NCBI GenBank assembly: GCA_963663475.2
Contig: CAXXJV010000001.1
Location: 1,312,001-1,376,000 of the forward strand
DNA: 64,000 nt
Direction: 5' to 3'
Source of the DNA: Candidatus Cloacimonadales bacterium
GTDB taxonomy: Bacteria > Cloacimonadota > Cloacimonadia > Cloacimonadales > JAFGVF01
Below, in pieces: positions 1 to 10,548 of the stretch. The notes under the pieces were generated by a model. That model saw nothing but the letters and a program-made list of their open reading frames with translations. It ran no database searches and was not told the origin of the DNA. A program made the position numbers and the translations under genes. The stretch's first letter is position 1. Every line of letters begins with the position of its first letter.

Positions 1-282
1 AGCAGCTTTACTTGGTCCTATTGCTGTTATGCCTTCCTGGGCCAAATAATCAACAATACCTTCTGAAAGAGCTTGTTCAGGTCCTATAAAAACCAAGTCA
101 ATATTATTAGCTCTTACATATTCAGAAATCTCAGGGAAAGTTGCTAGATCTATACATTCAAAATCCCTTTCAATCCCTCCATTACCAGGAGAAACTACTA
201 CTTTTTCTACTGAACTACTCTTAGCAAACTTTACAGCAATTGCATGCTCCCTTGCACCACTACCTAATACTAATACTTTCAT
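1..282 (-). CDS. purD: Phosphoribosylamine--glycine ligase, N-terminal part (runs off window)
   Basis: Manual translation from ATG at 282: MKVLVLGSGAREHAIA...SPGNGG...DLVFIGPEQALSEGIVD, the GARS N-domain signature; not in the ORF track. Confidence 0.93.
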   Translation of the reverse strand, partial: MKVLVLGSGAREHAIAVKFAKSSSVEKVVVSPGNGGIERDFECIDLATFPEISEYVRANNIDLVFIGPEQALSEGIVDYLAQEGITAIGPSKAA

Positions 283-760
283 TACACCCTCTTGTTAAAT
301 AGTCTTTTATTTTTTTTAATACAAAATTTGCTGATTGATTTCTAACAGACTCTCTATCTCCTGAAAAGAGCTCAAAATAGGATTGTGACTGCTTGTTAAA
401 TCTAAAAGCAAAGTAAACAGATCCTACAGGCTTGTCTTTGCTTCCGCCATTAGGCCCAGCAATACCTGTCACTGAAACACATATGTCAGCTTGAGTCAGC
501 CTATACAAACCTTCCACCATAGCCAAAGCACATTGACTACTAACAGCACCATGTTTTTCTAAAAGGTCATTAGCAACCCCTAACAGCTCATTTTTTAGGC
601 GGTTGCTATAAACTACAAGGCCTCCCTCGAAATAGGAACTAGATCCAGAATTATCAGTTATGAGCTTCTGAACTAGTCCGCCAGTACATGATTCTGCAAA
701 AGAAATCTTGTACTTACTGGCTAGTAGCAAATTATGAACTTCATTGATTAAATCTTTCAT
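260..760 (-). CDS. pncC: CinA C-terminal domain / NMN deamidase PncC
   Basis: AESCTGG, GSSSYFEGG.VVYSN..K, GAVS...A..M and SVTGIAGP.GGS..KPVG motifs. Confidence 0.9.
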   Translation of the reverse strand: MKDLINEVHNLLLASKYKISFAESCTGGLVQKLITDNSGSSSYFEGGLVVYSNRLKNELLGVANDLLEKHGAVSSQCALAMVEGLYRLTQADICVSVTGIAGPNGGSKDKPVGSVYFAFRFNKQSQSYFELFSGDRESVRNQSANFVLKKIKDYLTRGCNESISIR

Positions 761-778
761 GCTCTATATCTTGAAATG

Positions 779-2302
779 TTAGTAGCTTTTTGAGAAAACA
801 ACTCTTTGCTTTGATTCTTTACCACACACTATGCATTGACCTTGGTCAGCGGTTGCGTCAAATGGAATATTTCTGATTGTTACTTTGAGTTCTTCTTTAA
901 TTTTTTCTTCACATTCAACACTACCACACCAATGAGCAAAAGCAAAGCCACCATGGATTTCAGGCTTATTCTTATTCTCTGGTGTAAAGAATTTATAGAA
1001 ATCTTCTTTATTATCAATAATAAGAGAATTTTCATTACGGAAATTAAGAGCCTTTTGATATATATTATCTTGAATCTCTGCTAAAATCTCTTCTACAGAT
1101 TCAACAAATTCATCCCACTTAAGAGTTTTCTTATCTCTGGCATCTAAATCTCTTCTACCCATAAAGACAGAATCTGATTCCATATCTCTTTTACCAACTT
1201 CCAATCTAATTGGCATTCCTCGTTTTATCCATTTCCAGTTTTTCTCTCCTGAAGTAGCATCAGAATCATCAACCTCAACAATTATTTCTTTACCATCAAA
1301 AGTTTTTCCTGCTATAGCTTTAGTAATCTTCTTGATATAGTCTAAAATCTCTAGACGATCTTGATCATTCTTAGCTATTGGAATAATAACAATATGGGCA
1401 GGTGCAATTTTAGGAGGTAATACTAAACCATTATCATCACTATGAGCCATTATTAAAGCTCCGATAAGCCTAGTTGAAACACCCCAAGATGTTGTCCAAG
1501 CATACTCATATTCACCATCTTTATTCTGATATTTTATCTCAGAAGATTTAGCAAAATTTTGACCTAAGAAATGAGAAGTTCCTGCTTGAAGAGCTTTTCT
1601 ATCTTGCATCATAGCCTCAATTGAATAGGTTGCTACTGCTCCTGGGAAACGTTCGCCTTCACTTTTTTCACCCTTTATTACAGGAACCGCTAAATAATCT
1701 TCTGCAAACTTTGCATAAACATCTAACATTAACTTAGTCTCAGCTTGAGCTTCCTCTCTGCTTGCATGAACAGTATGTCCTTCTTGCCATAAAAACTCAG
1801 CAGTTCTTAAGAAAAGTCTAGTTCTAAGTTCCCAACGCACAACATTTGCCCATTGATTAATTAATAGAGGTAGATCTCTATAAGAATTCACCCATTTAGA
1901 AAATGATGCGCCAATAATAGTCTCAGACGTCGGTCTAACTATATATGGTTCTGTTAATTCTCCACCAACTTTTAATCCACCATTACCATCATCTTCTAAT
2001 TTTGAATGGGTTACTACTGCACATTCTTTGGCAAAACCATCAACATGCTCAGCTTCTTTTTCAAAATAACTTTTAGGTATAAATAAAGGGAAATAAGCGT
2101 TCTTAACACCCTCTGCTTTAAACATTTTATCTAATACTTTTTGAATATTTTCCCAAATAGCATAGCCCCATGGCTTGATTACCATGCAACCTCTAACATC
2201 ACTGTTTTCAGCTAACTCAGCAACTCTAACAACTTGCTGGTACCATTCAGCGTAATCTTCTGTTCTAGTTGGTTCTATGGCAGTTCTTTGCTTTTTAGCC
2301 AT
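779..2302 (-). CDS. proS: Proline--tRNA ligase (archaeal/eukaryote-type)
   Basis: RPTSET, QWANVVRWE, FLRTAEFLWQEGHT, QAGTSHFLGQNF and TSWGVSTR motifs with C-terminal Cys (Zn) domain; start set at MAKKQ (2302) behind an AAGGAG RBS. Confidence 0.97.
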   Translation of the reverse strand: MAKKQRTAIEPTRTEDYAEWYQQVVRVAELAENSDVRGCMVIKPWGYAIWENIQKVLDKMFKAEGVKNAYFPLFIPKSYFEKEAEHVDGFAKECAVVTHSKLEDDGNGGLKVGGELTEPYIVRPTSETIIGASFSKWVNSYRDLPLLINQWANVVRWELRTRLFLRTAEFLWQEGHTVHASREEAQAETKLMLDVYAKFAEDYLAVPVIKGEKSEGERFPGAVATYSIEAMMQDRKALQAGTSHFLGQNFAKSSEIKYQNKDGEYEYAWTTSWGVSTRLIGALIMAHSDDNGLVLPPKIAPAHIVIIPIAKNDQDRLEILDYIKKITKAIAGKTFDGKEIIVEVDDSDATSGEKNWKWIKRGMPIRLEVGKRDMESDSVFMGRRDLDARDKKTLKWDEFVESVEEILAEIQDNIYQKALNFRNENSLIIDNKEDFYKFFTPENKNKPEIHGGFAFAHWCGSVECEEKIKEELKVTIRNIPFDATADQGQCIVCGKESKQRVVFSKSY

Positions 2303-2401
2303 TTTAAGCTCCTTTAATATATTATATTTTTTTATAATTTTAAACTTTAGATTTTTTGTCAAATAAAAAGGGGAAAATACATGTTTTTTTACATTGCTAA
2401 T

Positions 2402-2481
2402 GCTTGCCTTCTCTTTTCTTGTTACTTTTTCCATCTAGTAGCCCCTTTTCGTCAAAGAGTAAGAGGAAGGAATAGGCAAGC
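2402..2481. repeat. Degenerate long hairpin related to the 17504-17582 hairpin
   Basis: GCTTGCCT...AGGCAAGC closing stem; right arm cttttcgtcaaagagtaagaggaagg resembles cttttcatcgaaagagtgtaaaggaagg. Confidence 0.5.
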
Positions 2482-2601
2482 TTATGATTAACTTGCCTGA
2501 GGCTGACTGAATGAAAAGAGTCAAAATAAATTCTTCTTGACTACATTAATTCGAAAAGCTAAAAATGGCACCATTAAAAAATATTAATTTTGGAGACTAT
2601 T

Positions 2602-3672
2602 ATGTACAGATTCAGAAAAGATCTGCAGGAAAAAAAAGCTGTAGAGGTTAACGTACCTCACAAAAAAGTAATGATGTGTTTAAATGAAAGCACTTTAAAT
2701 CCACTTGAAGCAGTTCAAGAACAGTTGCTGGAGAACCTAAAATCTGTTCCCTTGAATAGATATTTTAATGATATTACATCCAAGCTGCGTAATAAGCTGG
2801 CAGAATATGTAGGTTATGGTATAAAAGCAAATCAAATCTTATTCGGCAATGGGGCAGATGAAATGCTTTATTATATCTTTACTAGTGTAAGAGATTCAGT
2901 CAGATCTTATGCTGTTTCCTTAGCACCTTCCTATTTCGATTATAAAAGCTACTGTGATGCTGTTGGACTAGGTTTTGAACCAATTGAACTTAATAAAGAT
3001 TTTAATTTTTCTGCTGAAGAATATTTGGATAAGTTAAATCATCCAAACTGTAAGCTAGGTATTCTCTGTAATCCTAACAATCCAACAGGTAACCTAATTC
3101 CTGATAAAAAAATTGTTCATATCTTAGAAAATACAGATAAATTAATTTTACTTGATGAAACTTATTTCGAATTTTCAGGTATTACCTTCGCAGATGTCTT
3201 GCATAAATATCCTAACTTAATTATTGTAAGATCATTCTCTAAAGCTTTCTCAGTTGCAGGCCTAAGGTTTGGTTACTTAATTACCTCAGAAGAGAATGCT
3301 AGAGAATTAGGAAAAGTAATGACAGCTTTTCATAGCTCTTTAATGATTCAAACCTTTGCCTATACTATCTTGGAGAATAAGGAAATATTCCTAAATCATA
3401 CTCAAAGTGTTAAAGATATTAGAAATAAACTCTATATCTGGATGCTGTCTCAGGATTACATAACTGTCTATCCTTCCCATACGAATTTCTTAATCTTCAC
3501 TATTGGAGACTCTACTCCTGAATTGTTTGATTATTTGTCTGAAAATGAGCTTGCTCTTCGTCCAGTATGGGGACATCCATTACTTAAAAATCATATCAGA
3601 ATTTCAATAGGCACTCAAGAAGAAGTTGAAGAATTCATGAGACTCTTCTTAAAGTTCATTGATAGGTTTTAA
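2602..3672 (+). CDS. hisC: Histidinol-phosphate aminotransferase family PLP enzyme
   Basis: LNES, GNGADE, CNPNNPTG, DETYFEF and RSFSKAFSVAGLRFGY (PLP lysine); ATG 2602 after GGAG. Confidence 0.85.
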   Translation: MYRFRKDLQEKKAVEVNVPHKKVMMCLNESTLNPLEAVQEQLLENLKSVPLNRYFNDITSKLRNKLAEYVGYGIKANQILFGNGADEMLYYIFTSVRDSVRSYAVSLAPSYFDYKSYCDAVGLGFEPIELNKDFNFSAEEYLDKLNHPNCKLGILCNPNNPTGNLIPDKKIVHILENTDKLILLDETYFEFSGITFADVLHKYPNLIIVRSFSKAFSVAGLRFGYLITSEENARELGKVMTAFHSSLMIQTFAYTILENKEIFLNHTQSVKDIRNKLYIWMLSQDYITVYPSHTNFLIFTIGDSTPELFDYLSENELALRPVWGHPLLKNHIRISIGTQEEVEEFMRLFLKFIDRF

Positions 3673-3684
3673 AAAAATGATGTA

Positions 3685-3710
3685 CTGAGGGTACTTTAAA
3701 GTACCCTCAG
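3685..3710. terminator. Perfect 26-bp palindrome downstream of hisC, probable terminator
   Basis: CTGAGGGTACTTTAAAGTACCCTCAG is its own reverse complement; no clear U-tract on +. Confidence 0.5.
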
Positions 3711-4182
3711 AAAAGAGGATTGCAAATATTTTTACATTATGGAAGGAAACCATGAAATCTATTTCTTATATATCAAGAGAATAAATTTATATTATTTGCT
3801 CAAATCTTTTAGTAGTTGAGAGGGAGAAAATAAATATTATTTGCAAAAAGATTATATCTATCGATTGAGAATAATAAAATTTTCTATTTTATTTTCTACC
3901 TTTGTATACTTCATTATGTCTCTTTTTAGCAGGACATCTTTACATTAAACTTGGATTTGTATTAATGTTCCTCCATACATTGAAAGAAATTAATAGCTAT
4001 AATTTTTTAACTAATCTTTTATTAATTGTTAGTTGAATTTAATCTTGTTACATTCTTTGAACAATTTTTCTTAGATTGGTAAGTTATCATTATAGCTGGT
4101 TTTTTATTTGATTTTTAATAGTTGGCTCAATTATGCTTTACGTCAATGGAGATAAAAGCAATATAAGAAAAGTAGTGATAAA

Positions 4183-4521
4183 ATGAAAAAAAATAATGAA
4201 ATAGTAGATAGATTGTTAGTTAATATAACTTTAATTATTGTTACAATATTGTTAATTATGGCAGTAGGAATCGATTTTCCTTATGGCTTTTATAATTATT
4301 TAAGAATAGTGATTACTTGTTATTGTATTTATGAAATTATCCAAAAATATAAAGTATTTAAAGATAGTATTAATTACTATATTATTTATATATTAATAGC
4401 AATTTTATATAATCCAATAATTAAAATATCATTAGATAAAGAGGTGTGGCAAGTAATCAACATTATTACTATAGTCTTGTTTTGGGGAAGTTATATCTTT
4501 AAAGGCAGAACCAATAGATAG
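4183..4521 (+). CDS. Small membrane protein (DUF6804-like)
   Basis: PYGFYNYLRIVI...IAILYNPIIKISLDKEVWQVINI pattern; 4 hydrophobic segments. Confidence 0.65.
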   Translation: MKKNNEIVDRLLVNITLIIVTILLIMAVGIDFPYGFYNYLRIVITCYCIYEIIQKYKVFKDSINYYIIYILIAILYNPIIKISLDKEVWQVINIITIVLFWGSYIFKGRTNR

Positions 4522-4629
4522 TTTTGAAGAGATATGAAATATAGAGACAAAGCAAATTATGTTAAGCTAAGTTCAACTATAATAGTATAATCAGATTCGA
4601 GATTTATAAAATAAGATAGCTAGACATAA

Positions 4630-5850
4630 TTAAAAGAAAGATTTAAAAAATTGGAGTAGTTTTTTTCTTTTTTCTAAATTCTTTGCGGTTTTATATTTAT
4701 CTTCTGCCCATTCATAACCATAATTAGCAGGTTCTTTGAACCATTTAGAGGCTTCACTATAATCTTTAGTCACTCCAAGTCCTGAAAAATACATTTCTCC
4801 GATGTTATAGTGAGCATCTAAATTTCCTAATCTAGAAGACTTCAAATACCAATAAAGAGCTTTTTGGTAGTCCTTTACTACTCCATAACCATTTAAAAAC
4901 ATATCCCCAAGATCATTTTGAGCTTGTGGATTATTAAGATTAGCAGATTTTAAGAACCAATTATAAGCTTCATTATAGCTTTGTTCTATTCCATAGCCGT
5001 TGAAGTATAAGTATCCAATATATAACTGAGCATCTGAATTACCTTGTAGTGCAGATTTTAAGAACCAATTATAAGCTTCATTATAGCTTTGTTCTATTCC
5101 ATAGCCGTTGTAGTATAAGTATCCAATATATAACTGAGCATCTGAATTACCTTGTAGTGCAGATTTTAAGAACCATTTGAATGCTTCTGAATAGTTTTGC
5201 CTTAATCCTGTCCCATTAAGGTACATATCTCCAATAACCAGTTGGGCATAATGATTGTCTTTTGCTGCAGATTTTTTTAACCATTTAAGAGCTTTATCGT
5301 AATTATTTTCTATACCTAAACCCTCTAAATAAATTATTCCAAGAAAATAATAAGCAAAATTATTTTCGTGTTCGGCAGATTTTTTGAACCATTCAAAAGC
5401 CTTTTGGAAGTTTTTTTGAATGTAGTAACCCTTTAAAAACATGTGGCCAATTAATAGTTCATCATTACCAGCATTTTCATAATAAGCGAGGTCATTAATT
5501 ATTATAAAGGACTCCAAAGGATAATTATGATTTTTAATATCATGATTTTCTAAAGTATAATCTTTAAGACTATCATGAATATCTAAGTTTTTTTCAACTA
5601 AGTTTATTAAGTAATTTCTATTATAGTTATTCAATGGTTCAGCCAATACATTATTATTTACATCATATTTTTTATAGATAACAGATAACTCACTATTATA
5701 ATGTCTTGATTTATCTGGTTTAAATACAAAAATATTTTTGTAATAATAAAATAGGGCAAAAGTTATGTAAATGAAAGAAGATAAGAAAATAAACCCAATA
5801 ATTCGTACAATCTTTTTTAATGTTGTTTTTAAGCTAGTTGTTCTATTCAT
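4630..5850 (-). CDS. Sel1-like repeat protein with N-terminal TM anchor
   Basis: Repeated AQ..LG.MY..G.G..Q.Y.EA..WF.KSA..G units. Confidence 0.92.
   Translation of the reverse strand: MNRTTSLKTTLKKIVRIIGFIFLSSFIYITFALFYYYKNIFVFKPDKSRHYNSELSVIYKKYDVNNNVLAEPLNNYNRNYLINLVEKNLDIHDSLKDYTLENHDIKNHNYPLESFIIINDLAYYENAGNDELLIGHMFLKGYYIQKNFQKAFEWFKKSAEHENNFAYYFLGIIYLEGLGIENNYDKALKWLKKSAAKDNHYAQLVIGDMYLNGTGLRQNYSEAFKWFLKSALQGNSDAQLYIGYLYYNGYGIEQSYNEAYNWFLKSALQGNSDAQLYIGYLYFNGYGIEQSYNEAYNWFLKSANLNNPQAQNDLGDMFLNGYGVVKDYQKALYWYLKSSRLGNLDAHYNIGEMYFSGLGVTKDYSEASKWFKEPANYGYEWAEDKYKTAKNLEKRKKLLQFFKSFF
4943..5176. repeat. 108-bp tandem duplication (one Sel1 repeat)
   Basis: gcagattttaagaacca recurs at 4943, 5051 and 5159; the two full units differ at about one position. 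Confidence 0.9.
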
Positions 5851-5976
5851 ATTTTGTCTTTTCCTTATCTAATAAAGAGCATGTTGAATCATAATTTTCT
5901 TTACTATCTGAAATTAAAGAAGTTCTGAAATACAAAAATCGTTCAGATATACATTTTTATTAACTATTTTTATGTC

Positions 5977-6738
5977 TCAAATATTTATTATATCGATATT
6001 ATACTTCTTCATAATTTTTAAATCAAATATAAGTTTAACGCATAAAAAAACTATTAAATAAAACCAATATGGAGGACCATATCTGATAATGTTACCAAAC
6101 CAATTCAAGTAATTATAGTTGTCTACACAGTAAGTAAAATGGTTTTGTCTGATACCGTAAATTACTGGTATATAAATGGCGAGAATACTAATTGATAACA
6201 CGAGATATAATAGCAAAAAATATTTTCTTTTAAATAAAAAAATACCTGCAATCAATAAGGGTAGGTATATAGTGGCCATGATTAAAAAGTTACTCAATGA
6301 ATATACTGGTATCAGATAAAAGTGAACAGATAAATTAAAAACTGATATGATAATTATCAATATTGACACAAACTTAAGATCTTGGTAAAATATTGTGTTA
6401 AATCCTCTCATTTGAGCCTCTTCTGGCTTGTATAAGTGTCTTATTCTATACATCGCATAAATTAATATACTGATTGTAAAATAGATAAATAGATTGGTTC
6501 CTTGTTCTTTAATGTCGTCTTCATAATATACTGAATGTAAATTATTATTTAAATTTGCAAAACAAAAGACATCACTATTAATTTCTGTAAGATTTACAGA
6601 ATTTATTTTCACTTCTGTTTGGTTTTTATTAATAATCAATGAGCTGGTGAATAAATCTTTAACATCAATGAATGGTTCTAAAGCATATAACCATATTGCT
6701 ATTGGTAATAATATAATAACAGATATTTTAATTTTCAT
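5977..6738 (-). CDS. Hypothetical multi-pass membrane protein
   Basis: 253-aa ORF with signal-like N-terminus and several TM segments; abuts the upstream gene's stop. Confidence 0.6.
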   Translation of the reverse strand: MKIKISVIILLPIAIWLYALEPFIDVKDLFTSSLIINKNQTEVKINSVNLTEINSDVFCFANLNNNLHSVYYEDDIKEQGTNLFIYFTISILIYAMYRIRHLYKPEEAQMRGFNTIFYQDLKFVSILIIIISVFNLSVHFYLIPVYSLSNFLIMATIYLPLLIAGIFLFKRKYFLLLYLVLSISILAIYIPVIYGIRQNHFTYCVDNYNYLNWFGNIIRYGPPYWFYLIVFLCVKLIFDLKIMKKYNIDIINI

Positions 6739-7125
6739 CTATTGCTCCTTGTTAACAGAAGGTTCTATGAAATAACCATATTTATTGTTAAATTTTTGGG
6801 ATGGTAAAGCTAATAAATATAAAACATAAATTGCTCCTATATAGGGTATAATCACTAATAATAGATACCAATCTCTTCTTCCGGTATCATGTAATCTCCT
6901 TATTGTAATACTTAATGTTGGTAGTGCGGTAGCTAGATTGTATGTAATTAATAAAAGAAGTCCAAAGTGCGTGAGTTCATCATGCCCAATAAACACAAAG
7001 CTTGTCATGAAAATAATAAAAAGGTTAAATATAAAATTAATCAACATAAAATACCAATACTCTTCTCTTGAGGATCTATCGTTTAGCCTAAAATACTTCC
7101 TAAATGCCATAAAATAATATTTCAT
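6739..7125 (-). CDS. DUF805 (YhaH-like) membrane protein
   Basis: F..RSSREEYWYF, IRRLHDTGR, IPYIG and N.YG motifs; ATG 7125 after AAGGAG. Confidence 0.88.
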   Translation of the reverse strand: MKYYFMAFRKYFRLNDRSSREEYWYFMLINFIFNLFIIFMTSFVFIGHDELTHFGLLLLITYNLATALPTLSITIRRLHDTGRRDWYLLLVIIPYIGAIYVLYLLALPSQKFNNKYGYFIEPSVNKEQ

Positions 7126-7838
7126 AATATCTCCTTTTTTTTGTAGCCTATACCTAATCAACCACACCAAATAACTAAATTATCTCATTTATAATTATAG
7201 ATAATTTTATGTCAATCAAAATTAACTTAAAAGATTATTCAAGTTCTAGTTTATGAAAGGATATTGTTATAGTAGAGTCTGATACTATTGTTAACATATG
7301 GAAATCATTTGGCTCTCTCAAGTAGAGTAGGTGTTACATCGAGTAATCTATGACATCATATTTATTATAATCTTCTAGTAACTTGAATTTCAGAAATTTT
7401 AACAAACTTATTAATTTGTCCGATAATCAATAATTGGTCAATATCATTTATTGTTAAAGACATAAAACATTGAAATATAAGAGTTTTCTTAAGACCTTCG
7501 CTTATGTATTCTGTTAATGTCTCGATAAAATTTCAGTGATTTATTGAGAGCCTTCCAAGTATGATATGGGCTTGATACTAAAAGTTACAAGATATCATTG
7601 TAATATTTTAGGGATAGAAAACTTATTAGTTAACACTCTAATATAACTGTTCTCTTTCATAAACCCACCCTACTTAAAAGAGAACCTTATTATTTTCAAC
7701 AGACTTGAATTATAGCCTTAAGCATTTACTTCAAAATTTTCACTCTTTATTGATAAAAGACAAGGCAAATAGTCATTTTAATATAATACTTGACAACTCT
7801 AATAGTCAGTTTATCTTTTGTTTCATTAAGTAAAGGGA

Positions 7839-9062
7839 GTGAAAATGAATAATATACTAAATGAGCTATTTGCAATTCAAAACAGGGTCTCGACATTTGT
7901 ACCAAAAGAGTTCAAACGATATCTCACGATTGATTGGAGCAAGAGACTCATAATCATCACAGGTGCAAGAGGGACAGGGAAAACAACCTTGGTACTACAG
8001 CATTATCTTGAGAGCTACGCATCAACAACTGAATGCTTATATTTCTCTGTTGATAATCCTCTGGTAGCGCAAAGTGGTATATTCAATATAGGAAAAGATT
8101 TCTTCACTATGTATGGTAACACGATTATAATTGATGAAGTTCATAAGCAAAAAGATTGGTCACTTGATGTTAAAGCACTATACGATTCATTCCCTGATAA
8201 AAAGATTATTATATTAGGTAGTTCAAAATTAAATATTACTAATCAAAAAGGTGATCTGTCTCGACGAGCTTTACTTTATAATTTAAAAGGTCTATCTTTT
8301 AGAGAATTCATTGAATTGAAGTATAATCTCAAAACTCAAGCTTATTCCCTGCAAGATATTCTGATAAATCATATTGAGATAGGCTCAAAAATACTTGGCG
8401 ATATTCCGCAAATTAAAAAATACTTTTTTGAGTATAAACAATTTGGTTTTTACCCTTTTTTCAATGAATATTCAGAGCATGAATATCAACAAGTCTTGCA
8501 AAGTGTGATTGATAAAATCATTTATGAAGATATCCCTAGTTTGAAAGATATTAAAGGTTCTTCTTCTTATGTATTTAAAAAATTACTTGCTTATTTGGCA
8601 ATGTCTAAGATTCCTACAATTAAAGTTTCAAGTATCTGTAATGAGCTTGATATTACTAAAGAAACACTTTATACTTATTTAGATTTGCTTGATAGAGCTG
8701 AAGTAATCAATATTATTCGCAGAGAAAAAGCTACAGTTAGATCTCTCCAGAAATCAAAGATAATGCTTTCTAACCCTAACTTATATTATTCAATCAGTAA
8801 TGAAATGTGGCAACATAACACAGATTTGGGAAATATAAGAGAATCATTTTTTGTTTCCCAAATTGAGAACAGGATTTCAGCTTCAGAGATTGTTGATTAT
8901 ACTATTCAATTAGATAATGTTAAGATAGAAGTTGAGATTGGAGGAAAGAATAAAACAAGGAAACAGATTGAGACTCTTGAGAATGGATATGTTTTTAAAG
9001 ATGATATCGAAATTGGATATGAAAATATTATACCTCTTTATCTGGTAGGGTTTTTATACTAG
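7839..9062 (+). CDS. AAA+ ATPase (AAA_14 / DUF4143 type)
   Basis: Walker A GARGTGKT, Walker B IIIDEVHK, LGSS, GLSFREF, G.IRESFF and C-terminal EIGGKNK...IPLYLVGFLY. Confidence 0.88.
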   Translation: MKMNNILNELFAIQNRVSTFVPKEFKRYLTIDWSKRLIIITGARGTGKTTLVLQHYLESYASTTECLYFSVDNPLVAQSGIFNIGKDFFTMYGNTIIIDEVHKQKDWSLDVKALYDSFPDKKIIILGSSKLNITNQKGDLSRRALLYNLKGLSFREFIELKYNLKTQAYSLQDILINHIEIGSKILGDIPQIKKYFFEYKQFGFYPFFNEYSEHEYQQVLQSVIDKIIYEDIPSLKDIKGSSSYVFKKLLAYLAMSKIPTIKVSSICNELDITKETLYTYLDLLDRAEVINIIRREKATVRSLQKSKIMLSNPNLYYSISNEMWQHNTDLGNIRESFFVSQIENRISASEIVDYTIQLDNVKIEVEIGGKNKTRKQIETLENGYVFKDDIEIGYENIIPLYLVGFLY

Positions 9063-9174
9063 AATTAATCCAAGATAATCCCAATAATGCAGGATTACTA
9101 AAGTTCTACTACAATATCTGGGATAATGGCCAAGACCTACACAAATAGACTAGCAAGTAAAAAACTCCAAAAAT

Positions 9175-9210
9175 AAAAAAAGGCACTGAAATTCCAGTGC
9201 CTTTTCATTT
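9175..9210. terminator. Bidirectional intrinsic terminator
   Basis: AAAAAAAGGCACTG-AAATTC-CAGTGCCTTTT between convergent genes. Confidence 0.8.
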
Positions 9211-9228
9211 TATTTGAATCAATGAATA

Positions 9229-9975
9229 TTATTTGTACTCTACATTATATTTATTTTTAAGTTCTTCAACTTTAGCTACATAAACTTCTCTCTGTTTGAT
9301 AGTCATAAGTTCATTAGTAATAGTTTGTTTTACTTGATCTAATGTGACATCTTGAGCAGGAGTTTTAGCATCTAATTTGATAATATGATAGCCAAATTGA
9401 GTTTTAACTGGTTGAGAAATTTCACCAACTTCCATCTTGAAAGCAGCTTCTTCAAATTCAGGAACCATTCTACCACGTGAGAAAGAACCTAAAGAACCAC
9501 CTTGCTCTTTGGAAGGACATGATGAGTTTTCTTTAGCTGCTGTAGCGAAATCTAAACCATCATTCATGATCTTATTGTAGATTTCTTGGCAAGCTTCTTC
9601 ATTATCTACTAAAATATGGCTAGCAGAAACTTCTTCAGCTTTAGCATATTTAGCTTTATTAGCTTGGAAGTGTGCTTCAAGATCTGCATCACTAACTTTA
9701 GCAGTTAATAATAAATTATTAATATTTATTTGGGTTAAAACAGTTTCTTTTAATCTTTCTAACTCTTTCTTGAAAACTTCAGTTTCTTCTATTTTATTAT
9801 CTATTGCGTCAGCTAGAAGTAGTTTTTGATTAACTAACTCATTAAGAATTTGAGCCTTGCCTTCTTCATTATTAAATTGAGCTGCTCTTTGTTGTCCTAA
9901 CTGTTGTAGAAAAATTTCTACATCTTGAGTTGTAATATCTTTACCTTCTACACTTGCTAATACTTTGTTTTCCAT
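9229..9975 (-). CDS. Parvulin/PpiC-type peptidyl-prolyl isomerase (PrsA-like)
   Basis: ASHILV, F.TAAKENS.CPSKEQGGSLG.F.RGRMVPEFE.AAF and PVKTQFGYHII motifs. Confidence 0.93.
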   Translation of the reverse strand: MENKVLASVEGKDITTQDVEIFLQQLGQQRAAQFNNEEGKAQILNELVNQKLLLADAIDNKIEETEVFKKELERLKETVLTQININNLLLTAKVSDADLEAHFQANKAKYAKAEEVSASHILVDNEEACQEIYNKIMNDGLDFATAAKENSSCPSKEQGGSLGSFSRGRMVPEFEEAAFKMEVGEISQPVKTQFGYHIIKLDAKTPAQDVTLDQVKQTITNELMTIKQREVYVAKVEELKNKYNVEYK

Positions 9976-10164
9976 TTTATCTCCTTTTTGATTCTTTGGG
10001 TAAGAAATATTTTCTTGGCTTATATGTCAAATGATTTCCTAAATAAAGATTTAGTAAAATTTTATCTTTAGGACATTTATCCTCTTTATTAGCAATTTTG
10101 CAGAAGAATATAGGCCTATTCAATAAAATCCTAAAGTACTACTTGGGTTAAATATTACGTAAAT

Positions 10165-10186
10165 AAAAAAACCTGCTTTCGCAGGC
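10165..10186 (-). terminator. Terminator of tRNA operon
   Basis: On minus strand CCTGC-GAAA-GCAGG followed by a T7 run. Confidence 0.75.
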
Positions 10187-10193
10187 TGAAAAT

Positions 10194-10268
10194 TGGCGAC
10201 CCCTAGGGGAATCGAACCCCTGTTGCAAGAATGAAAATCTTGAGTCCTAACCACTAGACGAAGGGGTC
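10194..10268 (-). tRNA. tRNA-Glu(TTC)
   Basis: Minus strand GACCCCTTCGTCTAGTGG...CAAGA-TTTTCAT-TCTTG...GGTTCGATTCC...GGGGTCGCCA. Confidence 0.97.
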
Positions 10269-10302
10269 AGTATATATTATTTGTAAATACTGACAGGTTA
10301 TG

Positions 10303-10378
10303 TGGCATCTCCAAGGGGAATTGAACCCCTGTTGCTGGAATGAGAATCCAGAGTCCTAGGCCACTAGACGATGGAGAC
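10303..10378 (-). tRNA. tRNA-Glu(CTC)
   Basis: Cloverleaf with anticodon arm CTGGA-TTCTCAT-TCCAG and CCA end. Confidence 0.95.
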
Positions 10379-10391
10379 TGATTAATTTTAT

Positions 10392-10466
10392 TGGCGACCC
10401 CTAGGGGAATCGAACCCCTGTTGCAAGAATGAAAATCTTGAGTCCTAACCACTAGACGAAGGGGTC
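10392..10466 (-). tRNA. tRNA-Glu(TTC), identical second copy
   Basis: Same sequence as 10194-10268. Confidence 0.97.
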
Positions 10467-10473
10467 AACAGGA

Positions 10474-10548
10474 TGGTGATCCAGGATGGGCTCGAACCAT
10501 CGACTCTCTGCTTAAAAGGCAGATACTCTACCACTGAGTTACTGGACC
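10474..10548 (-). tRNA. tRNA-Lys(TTT)
   Basis: GGTCCAGTAACTCAGTGGTAGAG...TCTGC-CTTTTAA-GCAGA...GGTTCGAGCCC...ACCA. Confidence 0.96.

Noticed and set aside
2303-2434. N-terminal extension of ProRS
   Set aside because: No similarity to ProRS, it crosses promoter and hairpin DNA, and the RBS sits before 2302.
10267-10452. 61-aa ORF from the ORF track
   Set aside because: It is a translation of tRNA-Glu genes.
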